From the NCBI GenBank assembly GCA_027491935.1, contig JAOZGB010000002.1, positions 19,723 through 51,722 of the forward strand: a stretch of DNA of 32,000 nucleotides, written 5' to 3'. Each line of letters begins with the position of its first letter. Position 1 is the first letter of the stretch. A program made the position numbers and the translations under genes. This document shows positions 1-9,672 of this stretch, piece by piece. The notes under the pieces are model-generated. The model made no database searches. It saw only the letters and a list, made by a program, of their open reading frames with translations, and was not told where the DNA came from. Origin of the DNA: Thermoproteota archaeon. GTDB lineage: Archaea; Korarchaeota; Korarchaeia; Korarchaeales; JAOZGB01.

Positions 1-461
1 ATAAATAGCTGACCTGAAACCCCAACTATGGCGCCCAGCCCTCCACCATCAACAATCCTCTTAGCAGCCATGACCGCAGGTATATAACGGTGATTTTGCA
101 TCACACATAGTTTTACACCATGCCTACGGGCTCTATTAACCATTTCAACTGCTTGATTTTTCGATATAGCCATCGGCTTCTCGACAAGGATGTTAGCACC
201 CCGTTCAGCTGCAAGCAGGGATACTTCAAAATGCAGGTGAGGAGGGGTGCATATATCAACAATATCAAGCTCCTCTTTCTCTAACATTTCCTTGTAGTCG
301 TCGTAAATAATATCCACGTGTTTCTTGCACCTTTTCCTTGCTAACGGGTTTGGATCTGCTGCCGCGGCGACAACAACATTGTCGTACAGTTTCCACGCTG
401 AAATATGCCCTTTAATAGCCACAGATCCGCATCCGACGATTCCGATTCTTAGTTTTTTCAC
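1..461 (-). CDS. Gfo/Idh/MocA-family NAD(P)-dependent oxidoreductase, N-terminal part (gene continues beyond window start)
   Basis: Own minus-strand translation from GTG at 461: VKKLRIGIVGCGSVAIKGHISAW...DICTPPHLHFEVSLLAAERGANILVEKPMA...; Rossmann GxGxxG plus EKP motif typical of the family; open to position 1; absent from ORF track because it runs off the window. Confidence 0.8.
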   Translation of the reverse strand, partial: MKKLRIGIVGCGSVAIKGHISAWKLYDNVVVAAAADPNPLARKRCKKHVDIIYDDYKEMLEKEELDIVDICTPPHLHFEVSLLAAERGANILVEKPMAISKNQAVEMVNRARRHGVKLCVMQNHRYIPAVMAAKRIVDGGGLGAIVGVSGQLF

Positions 462-514
462 ATCCTTGATAAGGCATCTAACTATTATATGTTTCACGGG
501 GGATAAAACTCACG

Positions 515-1387
515 TTGAAACCCAAAGTATCGGTAGTTAAGGTTTCAGAAGACATATATGATGCAGTAAGCCGTGCAATAGAGATAGCTGGAGGTATGGA
601 GGTTAAAAAGGGGGATAAAGTTGTTATTAAGATCAACCTTTGCAATTTCAGAGATTATACATCCGGCGCCACAACTGATCCAAGAGTCCTGGGAGCCCTC
701 GTGAAATATATAAAGACTGTGTATTCGCCTGGAGAATTGTACGTCGTTGAAAGCGACGCTACCTCTATGAACGCAAGCATTCTCTTCAAATGGCTGGGAT
801 TCGAAGATATGGCCAAGGAGCTCGGTTTTAAACTTGTAAACTTAACCAGGGACGCCAATGATGAAGTAGCATTGGATGGTAGAAAGTTGAGGAAAATTAA
901 AATTGCGAAAACGATAGTTGAAGCGGATTATCTTATATCCCTTTCGAAGCTAAAGACCCACCTCCTAACAAAGGTTACATGCGGTTTGAAAAACATGTTT
1001 GGAGCAATCCCTATCAAAAGAAAAATAATCTATCACAGGTATCTTGACGATGCCATTGTGGATGCAAATATAGCGATGAAAGTAGATTTCTCCATGGTTG
1101 ACGGGTTAATATCGCTGGAAGGTGAGAAAGGACCCACGTATGGATACCCGAGAAGGACCGGTTTAATTATCGCGGGGAGAGACATCGTTGCTGTCGACTC
1201 GGTATGTGCCAGGATCTTGGGGTTTAACCCACTTCTTATAGGTCATATCAGAAAGGCGTGGCTTTCAGGCATCGGGGAGATAAATGCAACTGTCGAGGGT
1301 GACGGCCTAGAGTTTGTAGGCTCCAGTTTTGACCTTGTTCATGCCGGCCTACTTAAGCTTGTATACTGGCTTAAGGCTAGGAGGTGA
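515..1387 (+). CDS. DUF362 domain-containing protein
   Basis: 290-aa ORF (TTG start); family-typical segments VVIKINL, LSKLKTHLLTKVTCGLKNMFG, MVDGLISLEGEKGPTYGYP, IIAGRDIVAVDSV. Confidence 0.75.
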   Translation: MKPKVSVVKVSEDIYDAVSRAIEIAGGMEVKKGDKVVIKINLCNFRDYTSGATTDPRVLGALVKYIKTVYSPGELYVVESDATSMNASILFKWLGFEDMAKELGFKLVNLTRDANDEVALDGRKLRKIKIAKTIVEADYLISLSKLKTHLLTKVTCGLKNMFGAIPIKRKIIYHRYLDDAIVDANIAMKVDFSMVDGLISLEGEKGPTYGYPRRTGLIIAGRDIVAVDSVCARILGFNPLLIGHIRKAWLSGIGEINATVEGDGLEFVGSSFDLVHAGLLKLVYWLKARR

Positions 1388-2642
1388 GTTCTTCTAATAT
1401 CTCTTTAGCTCTATCTATGCGTATAACGCCTTCCTTAACCATTCTTTCGGCTACCTTATCAACCATTTTTCCCTTTGCTCCAGCCATTATAGCAACGTTC
1501 CTAGCGTGGAGTTCCATGTGCCCTCTTTGAATCCCCTCAGTTGCGAGAGCCCTGAGAGCTGCAAAGTTCTGGGCAAGCCCTACGGCTGCAAGAATCTCGG
1601 ACAGCTCTCTCGCAGTTTTCACACCTAGTATTTTAAGGTTTATCTTGGCGATTGGGTGGACTTTTGTCGCTCCACCGATGACGCCAACTGCGGCTGGAAT
1701 TTCAAGGTATCCAACCAGGTCACCATCGTCGTTAACTTCCCATGTTGAAAGCGAGGTATACCATCCAAACCTTGCCGCGTAGGCGTGGCATCCGGCCTCT
1801 ACTGCCCTCGTGTCGTTTCCCGTAGCTAGAACAACAGCTGTAATCCCGTTCATTATTCCTTTGTTATGGGTGGCGGCCCGATATGGGTCCTCACATGCAA
1901 ATGCGTAGGCTTCCATTATCCCTTCAACGACGTCTTCCCCTCCTATAGCGTCCTTATCGAAGACAGCCTTGGCTCTTGCGATTCTATGTGTTGCTAGGTT
2001 TGAGATTATCCTGAGTCTAACCCGTCCACCTGTAACATCTTCTATAAGGGGGGCAACCGCTTCACACATAGTGTTTACGGCGTTAGCCCCCATAGCATCC
2101 CTCACGTCAACAAGCAACTCTACAATTAGCATTGAACCCATGAATGTCTCGATAACTTTAGCTTGTACATCTTTAACTCCTCCGCCTAGCTTGACTAGAA
2201 TAGGGTCTTTCTCGTTAGCTCTCTCTATAATCTCGTTCTTAGCATTGAGCACATCGAACTTCGCACCGTATGGGTCACTAAGACCCACAACTTGTATTTG
2301 GCCTATCATTACAGGGTCAGTACTACTTGTCTCGAACCCGCCCTTTACTCTTGCAAGTTTAGCTGCATGGCTTGCAGCAGCCACTACGGAGGGCTCCTCT
2401 ATAGCCATTGGGATTAGATAGTCTTTACCATTTATTAGGAAGTTAGTAGCTATACCAAGTGTTACAGGCATTACACCAATGACATTCTCAATCATTCTGT
2501 TAGCTAGATCAACATCCAAGGAACCTGTATTTTTAAGCAGAGCTACCTCCTCCTCCGAAAGTCCGGCAAAGTCCGCAACGATTTTAAGCCTTTCATCCAC
2601 CGCAAGGTTGTAAAAACCGGGGAGTCTCGAAGTTCTTGCCAT
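1377..2642 (-). CDS. hmgA: Hydroxymethylglutaryl-CoA reductase (NADPH), isoprenoid lipid biosynthesis
   Basis: ORF 1377..2720; preferred ATG at 2642 (MARTSRLPGFYNL...). Conserved HMGR blocks: IENVIG, EEPSVVAAAS, DAMGANAVNT, ATGNDTRA, GTVGG-like AAVGVIGGATK. Confidence 0.9.
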   Translation of the reverse strand: MARTSRLPGFYNLAVDERLKIVADFAGLSEEEVALLKNTGSLDVDLANRMIENVIGVMPVTLGIATNFLINGKDYLIPMAIEEPSVVAAASHAAKLARVKGGFETSSTDPVMIGQIQVVGLSDPYGAKFDVLNAKNEIIERANEKDPILVKLGGGVKDVQAKVIETFMGSMLIVELLVDVRDAMGANAVNTMCEAVAPLIEDVTGGRVRLRIISNLATHRIARAKAVFDKDAIGGEDVVEGIMEAYAFACEDPYRAATHNKGIMNGITAVVLATGNDTRAVEAGCHAYAARFGWYTSLSTWEVNDDGDLVGYLEIPAAVGVIGGATKVHPIAKINLKILGVKTARELSEILAAVGLAQNFAALRALATEGIQRGHMELHARNVAIMAGAKGKMVDKVAERMVKEGVIRIDRAKEILEELTS

Positions 2643-2840
2643 GTTAGCAAATTTATGCCGGGACAATCTTAAAATCTTAATGTTATTTGCGAATGATATT
2701 AAAGAAGTCAGTATATGCAAGTTTTAGGAGCAGATGAGGCTGTTATAGAGAAGTTGGTGGGTGTTCATCGAATTTGTGTTTAATAAGTTTATAATTATGC
2801 TGGTTATTGAACTAAAACTATCTACAATAGGGAGATTAGC

Positions 2841-3500
2841 TTGAAGGTTAAAGTAGACCTTCACGTCCATAGTACCTTTTCCGATGGGATACATGATGTT
2901 TATAGCCTAATAAGAGCTGCAAAGTCCAAAGGGTTAGATGGAATAGCGATTACAGATCATAACACCATCGCCGGAAGCCTAGAAGCGGTAAGAATCGTTA
3001 GAAGGATAGATGATTTCATAGTTATCCCAGGCACAGAAGTTAGAAGTAAAAGGGGGGACATTCTAGCCTTAGGCGTATATGAGGATATACGACCTGGCAT
3101 AGAGCCTGAGGAAGTTGTGGATGAAATACACGAGCTAGGTGGGCTGGCCATTGCTGCCCATCCGTATTCAAGGCTTTCAAGAGATAGCTTAGGAGACTAT
3201 GTATTAAAAGTGAATTTTGATGGTGTTGAGACTTTAAACGCTAGAGCTAGGGGCTTTGAGAACAGAAGAGCTGAGGTGAAATGTAAAGCTCTCGGATTAA
3301 GTTGTGTAGGTGGTAGCGATGCTCATTCGATATGGGAGGTTGGAAATGCCTATACTATAGTTGAAGCTGACTGCGAAATTAATGACATCCTTAAAGGTAT
3401 TAGTATGGGCTTAGCTAAGCCGGTAGGCGTTACTACACCTCTAGGTCTTATATTAAAGGTAACCGTTTATCACAAGTTAAGGGTGTTGGGTTTTGATTAA
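2841..3500 (+). CDS. PHP-domain metal-dependent phosphoesterase
   Basis: N-terminal VDLHVHSTFSDG motif, ITDHNT, AAHP, GGSDAH; 219 aa; TTG start; 8-nt overlap with downstream gene suggests an operon. Confidence 0.75.
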   Translation: MKVKVDLHVHSTFSDGIHDVYSLIRAAKSKGLDGIAITDHNTIAGSLEAVRIVRRIDDFIVIPGTEVRSKRGDILALGVYEDIRPGIEPEEVVDEIHELGGLAIAAHPYSRLSRDSLGDYVLKVNFDGVETLNARARGFENRRAEVKCKALGLSCVGGSDAHSIWEVGNAYTIVEADCEINDILKGISMGLAKPVGVTTPLGLILKVTVYHKLRVLGFD

Positions 3501-4017
3501 GGGTTTGTATATTGGTAGATTTCAACCTTTCCACTACGGGCATCTCAAAGCCGTAGAGTATTGTCTTTCGAGGGTGGACTTTTTGATAATTGGTATCGGC
3601 AGCTCACAGTTTAAAGATACGGTGAAGAATCCTTTTTCTATAGAGGAGAGATTTACAATGGTAATTTTGGCATTAAGAGAGGCAAATGTTGATTTCGGGA
3701 GGCTATGTATAACTGCTATTCCTGATTCAAAGCCTGGTGAGAAATGGTCTGAGATAGTTAGGTCGAGGTGTCCTAGTTTTGGGATTGTTTTCACGAATGA
3801 TCCATGGACTAGGAGTGAAGTAGCAGATCTAAGTATAAAAATAGAACCCATACCTTTCTATAAGAGAGAGATTTATGAAGCAACGAAAATAAGGATGAAA
3901 ATCTTAAACAATGAGGACTGGGAATCTCTCGTCCCTACTTCCGTTGCAAAATTTTTAAATGAAATAAATGCTGCAGAGAGGTTAAAGACCCTTTATTCGC
4001 CTACTCCTCAGACCTAA
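3493..4017 (+). CDS. nadM: Nicotinamide-nucleotide adenylyltransferase (archaeal NMNAT)
   Basis: GLYIGRFQPFHYGHL nucleotidyltransferase (H/T)xGH motif, size 174 aa, typical archaeal NMNAT layout. Confidence 0.85.
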   Translation: MIKGLYIGRFQPFHYGHLKAVEYCLSRVDFLIIGIGSSQFKDTVKNPFSIEERFTMVILALREANVDFGRLCITAIPDSKPGEKWSEIVRSRCPSFGIVFTNDPWTRSEVADLSIKIEPIPFYKREIYEATKIRMKILNNEDWESLVPTSVAKFLNEINAAERLKTLYSPTPQT

Positions 4018-5569
4018 CTTCGAGAATGCCCTCCCTAAGTGCTTTGAGTAGTGCTTTTCCAAGTTTAGATCTAAGCGGTATAACTATAGTGGCTTTGTCG
4101 TCAGTTAATCTGCTTCCAAGCCTTACCTTATCCGAGTATAGTGAGACGTGTTTTCCCGCATAGGATGGTGGAAACATCAACTGTAATGTTTTCTTTCTAC
4201 GTCTGAACTGGTACGGGACAACCTCACCTTTAACGGGCATCCTTTTCTTCCCAACAGGGAATATTATGACTTCATCCGCGAAGGAGTATATTTCATACAT
4301 GGGCCTGCCAGATTCGAAATCCCTTACAACTATGACGGGCCTAGCTAAAGCTCTATCTTTCATCCCCTCGGGAAGCTTAACGGTTATCTCAAGACTCAGA
4401 ACCTCCTTAATCCGCCCATTTTCTATGAATATTACCGTATCTACTATGTGAGGAAGTAATCCAAGATCAACTCTACCTATGAACCTTTGAATTGCTTCAA
4501 TAGGGGACCCGCAATGAACTACACCTATCATTCCTATGCCCGCCAGTCTCATGTCTGTATAGATTTTGAAATCTCCAGTCTTACGCATTTCGTCAAAGCA
4601 AACGTAATCCGGCCTAACTAGTAGTAAAAGATCTGCTGTCTTCTCAAAACTTCCTTCTAGTCTTGTGTACTGCGTCACTTCCGGCTCTACTTGCAAGTCT
4701 CTGGGTGATTCGAGGGTTTTCACTATTTTCCTGTTTCTTCTGTAAAACTCTATAAGGGCACTTGCAAAGGTTGTCTTACCTGATCCCGGAGGGCCGGCTA
4801 TTATTATCCCAGCTGCTTTCTCTCTTATTCTTTTCTTTAACTTATCGCTAAGATCGTAGTCCTCGAGCAAAACTTTTACTAGTGGTCTAACGGCAGTTAT
4901 TTCGATTCCATCCGAGAATGGTGGAAAGGACACCGAAATCCTATATTCTCCCTTCTGGATAACATAGGCTCCTCGCCTTTTAATTTCAATAGTTGCATTT
5001 GGGTCTATTTTTGAACTCTCTATAACTTCATACGCCATTCTCAGCATGTCTTCCCTTGTTAGAACCTTATTAGACAGCTCCACAAGGTTAAAGCTTCCCG
5101 GTTTACCTTTCTTTGCAAGAGGTCTAGCGCCCTCTTTAAGATGAATACTCAAAGTTTGCTCGTCAAAATACTTTAGCGCTTCTATTTGGCCTATCGGTGG
5201 CCCTATATATACCGCATCTATATCCAGAGTCACAAGCATTTGGTACAGTATGTAATCCCCAGTAATGATAACCGCGTTATATTTAGATGCAAGCAGTGGA
5301 AGAAGCCGGTCCTGGGACATAAGAGGAGAATAAACTATCTCTAAACCAGCTATTATACCCTTTTTGAACATCACTCTAAGTTTCTGAATGGTTTTAAGCC
5401 CGTCTAAAGCCCACTTATCTCCTTCCTCCGACCTCTGGACGAACAATCTTACATAAGATGAGGGAATTACGATTTTCCTATTCCTAATATGGTCTAACCC
5501 TTCTTCTTTCAGTATCAAGGAATATAAAAGTGAGTTTAGGTCTGGGATTATAGGTTTAGTGTCTGTCAA
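4001..5569 (-). CDS. PIN-domain / PilT-family ATPase with C-terminal KH-like region (COG1855-type, function unknown)
   Basis: 522 aa; central Walker A GPPGSGKTTFASAL, Walker B-like DYVCFDEMR, N-terminal PIN-like region (IIPDLNSL..., VIITGDY), C-terminal RNA-binding-like tail. Confidence 0.65.
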   Translation of the reverse strand: MTDTKPIIPDLNSLLYSLILKEEGLDHIRNRKIVIPSSYVRLFVQRSEEGDKWALDGLKTIQKLRVMFKKGIIAGLEIVYSPLMSQDRLLPLLASKYNAVIITGDYILYQMLVTLDIDAVYIGPPIGQIEALKYFDEQTLSIHLKEGARPLAKKGKPGSFNLVELSNKVLTREDMLRMAYEVIESSKIDPNATIEIKRRGAYVIQKGEYRISVSFPPFSDGIEITAVRPLVKVLLEDYDLSDKLKKRIREKAAGIIIAGPPGSGKTTFASALIEFYRRNRKIVKTLESPRDLQVEPEVTQYTRLEGSFEKTADLLLLVRPDYVCFDEMRKTGDFKIYTDMRLAGIGMIGVVHCGSPIEAIQRFIGRVDLGLLPHIVDTVIFIENGRIKEVLSLEITVKLPEGMKDRALARPVIVVRDFESGRPMYEIYSFADEVIIFPVGKKRMPVKGEVVPYQFRRRKKTLQLMFPPSYAGKHVSLYSDKVRLGSRLTDDKATIVIPLRSKLGKALLKALREGILEVRSEE

Positions 5570-5637
5570 CGTAGTTCACCTAATTGATAGTTCACATATC
5601 TTTTAAAGAAAGTAAAGATTGCATATAATGGATAGCA

Positions 5638-5883
5638 TTGTCAGGCATCCTCAGAAGATGCAGAGTGTGCGGGAAACTCTTTACAGACGAAGAGCTAAAG
5701 GCAAAGGATGGCAAGCTTAGGTGTCCGAACTGTGGATCTGGGCTTTTTAATGTTGTTAGGAACCCGAGTAATCCAAAGGAGGAGGTTAAACCTACACGCC
5801 AGGAAGATGCTGTGATGAAACTTCTCGAGGATATGATGATTGAATTTCCCAGATCTAAAAAAAGAAGAGCCTACGAGTTATAG
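5638..5883 (+). CDS. Small C4 zinc-ribbon protein, unknown function
   Basis: 81-aa ORF (non-ATG start) with CRVCG...x17...CPNCG zinc ribbon followed by a charged tail; coding status inferred only from the motif and intergenic position. Confidence 0.4.
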   Translation: MSGILRRCRVCGKLFTDEELKAKDGKLRCPNCGSGLFNVVRNPSNPKEEVKPTRQEDAVMKLLEDMMIEFPRSKKRRAYEL

Positions 5884-6476
5884 ATGAACCTTGGATATTG
5901 TCTCTCAAGCGGTTTAGCGACGAATAACGAATGCCTGCATTTTGTTTGAAGCTCCTCCAGTATTCTTTGTATTATCGCCCCCTTCGGATTACGAACGTCA
6001 GTCCTTTCTTCTAGATCGTCAAAGCTGCTGAATGGTTTTTTAGAGCGTTCATCTAGAATCTTCCACATGGTTTTCCTCCCAATACCGGGAAGAAGATTTA
6101 GTTCATGAATACGTATATTTATAGGTTTACTCTTATTAAAGAATGAGAGAAATCTTTCTTCGTTCTCATCTACAATTTTTATAACAGCGTTTTCAAGCTC
6201 CATTCTGGCTAGGGAGGACAGTTCCTCGTATCTTAATACCCTTAGAACCGCTTCTACCTTAAGTCTGAAGCCTCTTCCGATGTAGACCTTCTCTCCTACC
6301 TCTATGTTAACGCCTTCTAAGATCAAGAGTTCCAGAAGGGTAAAGTATTTTGTCCCTATCGCTTCAGCAACAGTCCTAACACGCTTCTCAACTCTCCTCC
6401 TATAGATATTGAGTATTATGCCGTACTCCTCTAAAAGTTTGGGTGGTCTGTTACCCACTTTAAGCCCCCTAATCAC
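5871..6476 (-). CDS. DUF655 / COG1491 nucleic-acid-binding protein with helix-hairpin-helix
   Basis: 201 aa; HhH segment LNLLPGIGRKTMWKIL; conserved archaeal neighbourhood L21e-RpoF-DUF655. Confidence 0.7.
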   Translation of the reverse strand: MIRGLKVGNRPPKLLEEYGIILNIYRRRVEKRVRTVAEAIGTKYFTLLELLILEGVNIEVGEKVYIGRGFRLKVEAVLRVLRYEELSSLARMELENAVIKIVDENEERFLSFFNKSKPINIRIHELNLLPGIGRKTMWKILDERSKKPFSSFDDLEERTDVRNPKGAIIQRILEELQTKCRHSLFVAKPLERQYPRFIYNS

Positions 6477-6807
6477 GAATCTCGGAAAGGATTTTTATAA
6501 TTTCATCATAAGTTTTACTTGTCAACAAAGGGTAAGCTACGAATAAAGCTGTTCTAACCTCCTCCCTCTTTTTGATTCTCAGACCTACGAGCATAGCAGC
6601 ATCTTCCTCTTTTAAACCTAGATCCATTAGTTTTTTAACCGCAGCCCTAGCTTTCTCGGGGCTTATGTCCGAAAACTGGTTTAGATATTCCATCGTCATT
6701 CTCTGAGTTTTTGTCAAATTTTCTATGCCCTCGTTTTCCCATATCTTCAAGAGTATAGATCTCACCTCTGGAGCAGAAAGAACCGATAATTTTTCAACTA
6801 TCTCCAT
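6469..6807 (-). CDS. rpoF: DNA-directed RNA polymerase subunit Rpo4 (RpoF)
   Basis: 112 aa, helical protein in the conserved position directly downstream of L21e; sequence pattern (EVRSILLKI...TMEYLNQFS...KLMDLGL) fits Rpo4/RpoF. Confidence 0.75.
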   Translation of the reverse strand: MEIVEKLSVLSAPEVRSILLKIWENEGIENLTKTQRMTMEYLNQFSDISPEKARAAVKKLMDLGLKEEDAAMLVGLRIKKREEVRTALFVAYPLLTSKTYDEIIKILSEIRD

Positions 6808-7102
6808 TTATCCCCACCGGTTTCAGATGTACAGGATGGATTATAAGATGTTTAACTTTAGAACCTACTTTAACATCAACTAGGTATGCCCTCCCTCTCT
6901 TGCCTGTAATTACTCCAGTTTTACCTTGGTACCTCCTATGGGGCATCGCGTTTCTGACTGCTGGTTCCACGTCGATATATACTTTATCGCCGACTTCGAA
7001 TTCCTGTAGGAATCTCGAAACCCCGGGAAGTCCTCTTTCCCTTGGTTTCTTAGTTAGGAATTTTCTAGATTTTGACAGGAAACCCTTACTTCTTTTCACC
7101 AT
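6794..7102 (-). CDS. rpl21e: 50S ribosomal protein L21e
   Basis: MVKRSKGFLSKSRKFL...MPHRRYQGKTGVITGKRGRAYLVDV; ATG at 7102 preferred over the GTG at 7111 in the ORF track. Confidence 0.9.
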   Translation of the reverse strand: MVKRSKGFLSKSRKFLTKKPRERGLPGVSRFLQEFEVGDKVYIDVEPAVRNAMPHRRYQGKTGVITGKRGRAYLVDVKVGSKVKHLIIHPVHLKPVGINGDS

Positions 7103-8324
7103 TAAACTCACCTATGTCTATCACATCCAGCTGTACACATTCAACTTTTAATCCTAATATGCCGCTGACACTTGGTTTCGTTCTACCAGCATCACCTGTA
7201 ATTAGTTCCTTCACGTATGTCCCTCCTTCACACTTTAATGTCATTTTGAACATGTTTTCGGATACCCTCTGGATACTTACGTCGTAGATTCTTTTAAGCC
7301 TAACTCTGTCAACCCTTCTATGCGCAACTCTTCTAGGTGTTCTTTGATGAATTAACGCTCCTTTGAGTCTATCAACGACTTTTTCAATCGATGCATCATC
7401 TATCGGCTCCTCAGATTTTACTAGAGCAAGGTAGGTCTTGACAGCCCTCTCCATTTCACTCTTAACTCTGCTAATATAGTTTTTATCGACATATCTTAAC
7501 CCTTTAACTTCTATTACACCTTCATATTTCTCGTTAACGTCTCTTTCCACAATTTCTAAGTTGACATTTCTCTTCTTAGGTGAAATAATCTCTAGCGTAA
7601 AGGGCCTACCAGACCCTAGAACCCTTACATCTACGTCTTCCCTACCTCCTGCGTGGAGAACTCCTCTCTCACCTTCGAAGTAAGGTAGGATCGCATTGAT
7701 CAGTAAATCCTCTATTGATGTTCCATACTCCTTTCCGGTCCAGTTACATGCCTCACATCCTACTCCATTGCAGTGCCTACAAGCCCATGATGTTTGGGGA
7801 ATGTTTCTCACATGTTTAAGGTAGCGACCTGCAATAACGATTGGTTTAACATCGACATGGACTGTATTATAAGGTATGTTCACCGTTATTTTTACATCAG
7901 GATCTCGATTATCTATTGTAGCTTTAGTTCTGTTACATACGAAGTTATCTAAGTATCGGTTAAATTCGACCTTGATACTGGCTGCGTCCACCGGATAGAT
8001 TAAACTTCTAATCTCGTCTTCCCTTTCTAAAACATCTGGTGGAAAGATTGTGCCAATCTTATAACTTTTAAACTCGTATTCGCCCAGCTTGTCGAGAATT
8101 TTCTCTCCTATGTCTTCCAATTGGTTTATAATACCTTCGCATATATAACATTCTTTTTCGGAATCATCGTTCACAGCCGCGACGAAACCAACTATCTTCT
8201 TCACGATTTGACCTTTAATCCCTGTCGGTATCCAAGGGCATGCATAGAAAAACTGTCGTCCAAGGCATCTGTTACATAGTTTATATGTGACTAATAATGA
8301 TTTAAGATCATCTAATACGGGCAA
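7086..8324 (-). CDS. pus10: tRNA pseudouridine(54/55) synthase Pus10
   Basis: 412 aa; N-terminal CNRC...CYIC zinc ribbon, catalytic block GGREDVDVRVLGSGRPF, C-terminal GDAGRTKPSVS. Confidence 0.85.
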   Translation of the reverse strand: MPVLDDLKSLLVTYKLCNRCLGRQFFYACPWIPTGIKGQIVKKIVGFVAAVNDDSEKECYICEGIINQLEDIGEKILDKLGEYEFKSYKIGTIFPPDVLEREDEIRSLIYPVDAASIKVEFNRYLDNFVCNRTKATIDNRDPDVKITVNIPYNTVHVDVKPIVIAGRYLKHVRNIPQTSWACRHCNGVGCEACNWTGKEYGTSIEDLLINAILPYFEGERGVLHAGGREDVDVRVLGSGRPFTLEIISPKKRNVNLEIVERDVNEKYEGVIEVKGLRYVDKNYISRVKSEMERAVKTYLALVKSEEPIDDASIEKVVDRLKGALIHQRTPRRVAHRRVDRVRLKRIYDVSIQRVSENMFKMTLKCEGGTYVKELITGDAGRTKPSVSGILGLKVECVQLDVIDIGEFNGEKK

Positions 8325-8328
8325 ATAC

Positions 8329-9660
8329 CTACATCCCCTTCATCCCGAGTCTTTTCATAAGTTTCCTCATGTCACGCCGGCCCATAGAGCTTAGGGTTTT
8401 CTTCATTGTGTGATAAGCCTTTAATAGTTCTTTAACATCTCTAACGGTAACCCCCGAGCCTTTTGCAATCCGAACGATCCTTGTTCTTTTTATTAGCTCC
8501 GGATTCTCTAACTCCTCCTTAGTCATCGATTTTAATATCACCCCCCATTTTTTCATCTTGTCTTGAGCTTGATATCCGAACTCAGAGGGTAGATTAACAC
8601 TAAATCCTGGGATAAGTTCCATAAGCTTGCTAAGAGGTCCTAACTTTCCAAGTTGATCTATTTGATTTTTGAAATCTAGCAGTGTAAATTTTCCTGAGGC
8701 TATCTTTCTTATATCTTCGGGTGTTATTTCAACGCTTGCTTCTTCCATTCTTTTCACTAGCTCTTCTATATCCCCCATGCCTAGCAGTCTTGAGACAAAC
8801 CTCTGAGGGTCGAACTCTTCGATGTCGTCAAGCGATTCTCCAGATGTAACATATACTATCGGTGCCCCTGTGGCTGCAACTGCTGATAAGGCTCCCCCAC
8901 CTTTAGCTGTGCTGTCAAGTTTTGTTACAATCACTGCACCCACATTTGTCGACTCCGAGAATGCTTTAGCCTGGGCGTATGCTGCTTGCCCTATAGTAGC
9001 ATCGACTACCAACACTACTATATCCGGTTTTATTGTTCTTTCTAGCTCAATCATTTCGTTTATCAGATCCTTCTCGTTTCTGTGTCTGCCTGCAGTGTCG
9101 ATAAGGATGATATTATACCCTTCTGATTTATACCTCTTGATGCCGTCAATCGCTATTTCCACAGGATTTTTCTTAGGGTCGAAATATACAGGAATATTTT
9201 CAGGCAACATTTGTTCAAGCTGTATATTGGCTGCAGGCCTAATCGTATCAGTAGAAATAACTCCTACTTTGCCGTATTGTTTATCTAGAATCCTAGCTAG
9301 TTTGGCTACTACGGTTGTCTTGCCGGAGCCTTCTATTCCCACAAATAGTAAAGTATTTATTCTTCCCGATCTTATAGGCAGTTTCCTCTGTTTTTCTCCC
9401 AGTAAGTTGATTAATTCCTCGTATAATGTCTTGACAGCCACGTCTCTACGGCTAAATCCAATTGGTACCTCTGCTTTGAGCGACTTTTCTTTAATCTTTG
9501 ATGTTAGATTGTAAACCAGCTCTACGTTTACGTCTGCTTTTATCAGGATTCTTTGTACATCTTTAATAAACTCGTTGACAGCCTTTTCATCAGGCAGAGG
9601 GAGCCCTAGAAACCGTCTTACAGCTTTATTCAACGATGCGCCCACTTCCCTAAGTACCAC
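8329..9660 (-). CDS. srp54: Signal recognition particle protein SRP54
   Basis: 443 aa; N domain, G domain motifs GIEGSGKTT, DTAGR, TKLD, and Met-rich C-terminal M domain. Confidence 0.95.
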   Translation of the reverse strand: MVLREVGASLNKAVRRFLGLPLPDEKAVNEFIKDVQRILIKADVNVELVYNLTSKIKEKSLKAEVPIGFSRRDVAVKTLYEELINLLGEKQRKLPIRSGRINTLLFVGIEGSGKTTVVAKLARILDKQYGKVGVISTDTIRPAANIQLEQMLPENIPVYFDPKKNPVEIAIDGIKRYKSEGYNIILIDTAGRHRNEKDLINEMIELERTIKPDIVVLVVDATIGQAAYAQAKAFSESTNVGAVIVTKLDSTAKGGGALSAVAATGAPIVYVTSGESLDDIEEFDPQRFVSRLLGMGDIEELVKRMEEASVEITPEDIRKIASGKFTLLDFKNQIDQLGKLGPLSKLMELIPGFSVNLPSEFGYQAQDKMKKWGVILKSMTKEELENPELIKRTRIVRIAKGSGVTVRDVKELLKAYHTMKKTLSSMGRRDMRKLMKRLGMKGM

Positions 9661-9672
9661 TTTATATTTCCC

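Noticed and set aside
8822-9514. 230-aa plus-strand ORF
   Set aside because: Antisense to srp54, whose GTPase motifs are unambiguous. The same reasoning applies to the other antisense track ORFs: 325..540, 655..858, 1969..2421, 2957..3151, 3534..3851, 4266..4451, 6900..7287, 9736..10090, 10259..10501, 10671..10889, 11154..11345, 11488..11787, 11968..12153, 12361..12603, 13804..14031, 15330..15593, 16147..16401, 17162..17389, 17792..17983, 18375..18671, 19800..20009, 20189..20413, 21120..21326, 21474..21728, 21946..22167, 22503..22688, 24105..24440, 24869..25057, 25258..25452, 25660..25869, 26970..27215, 27500..27685, 28284..28541, 29085..29348, 29928..30110 and 30681..30950. ORF 16568..16768 is also rejected: it lies on the same strand as secY but out of frame.
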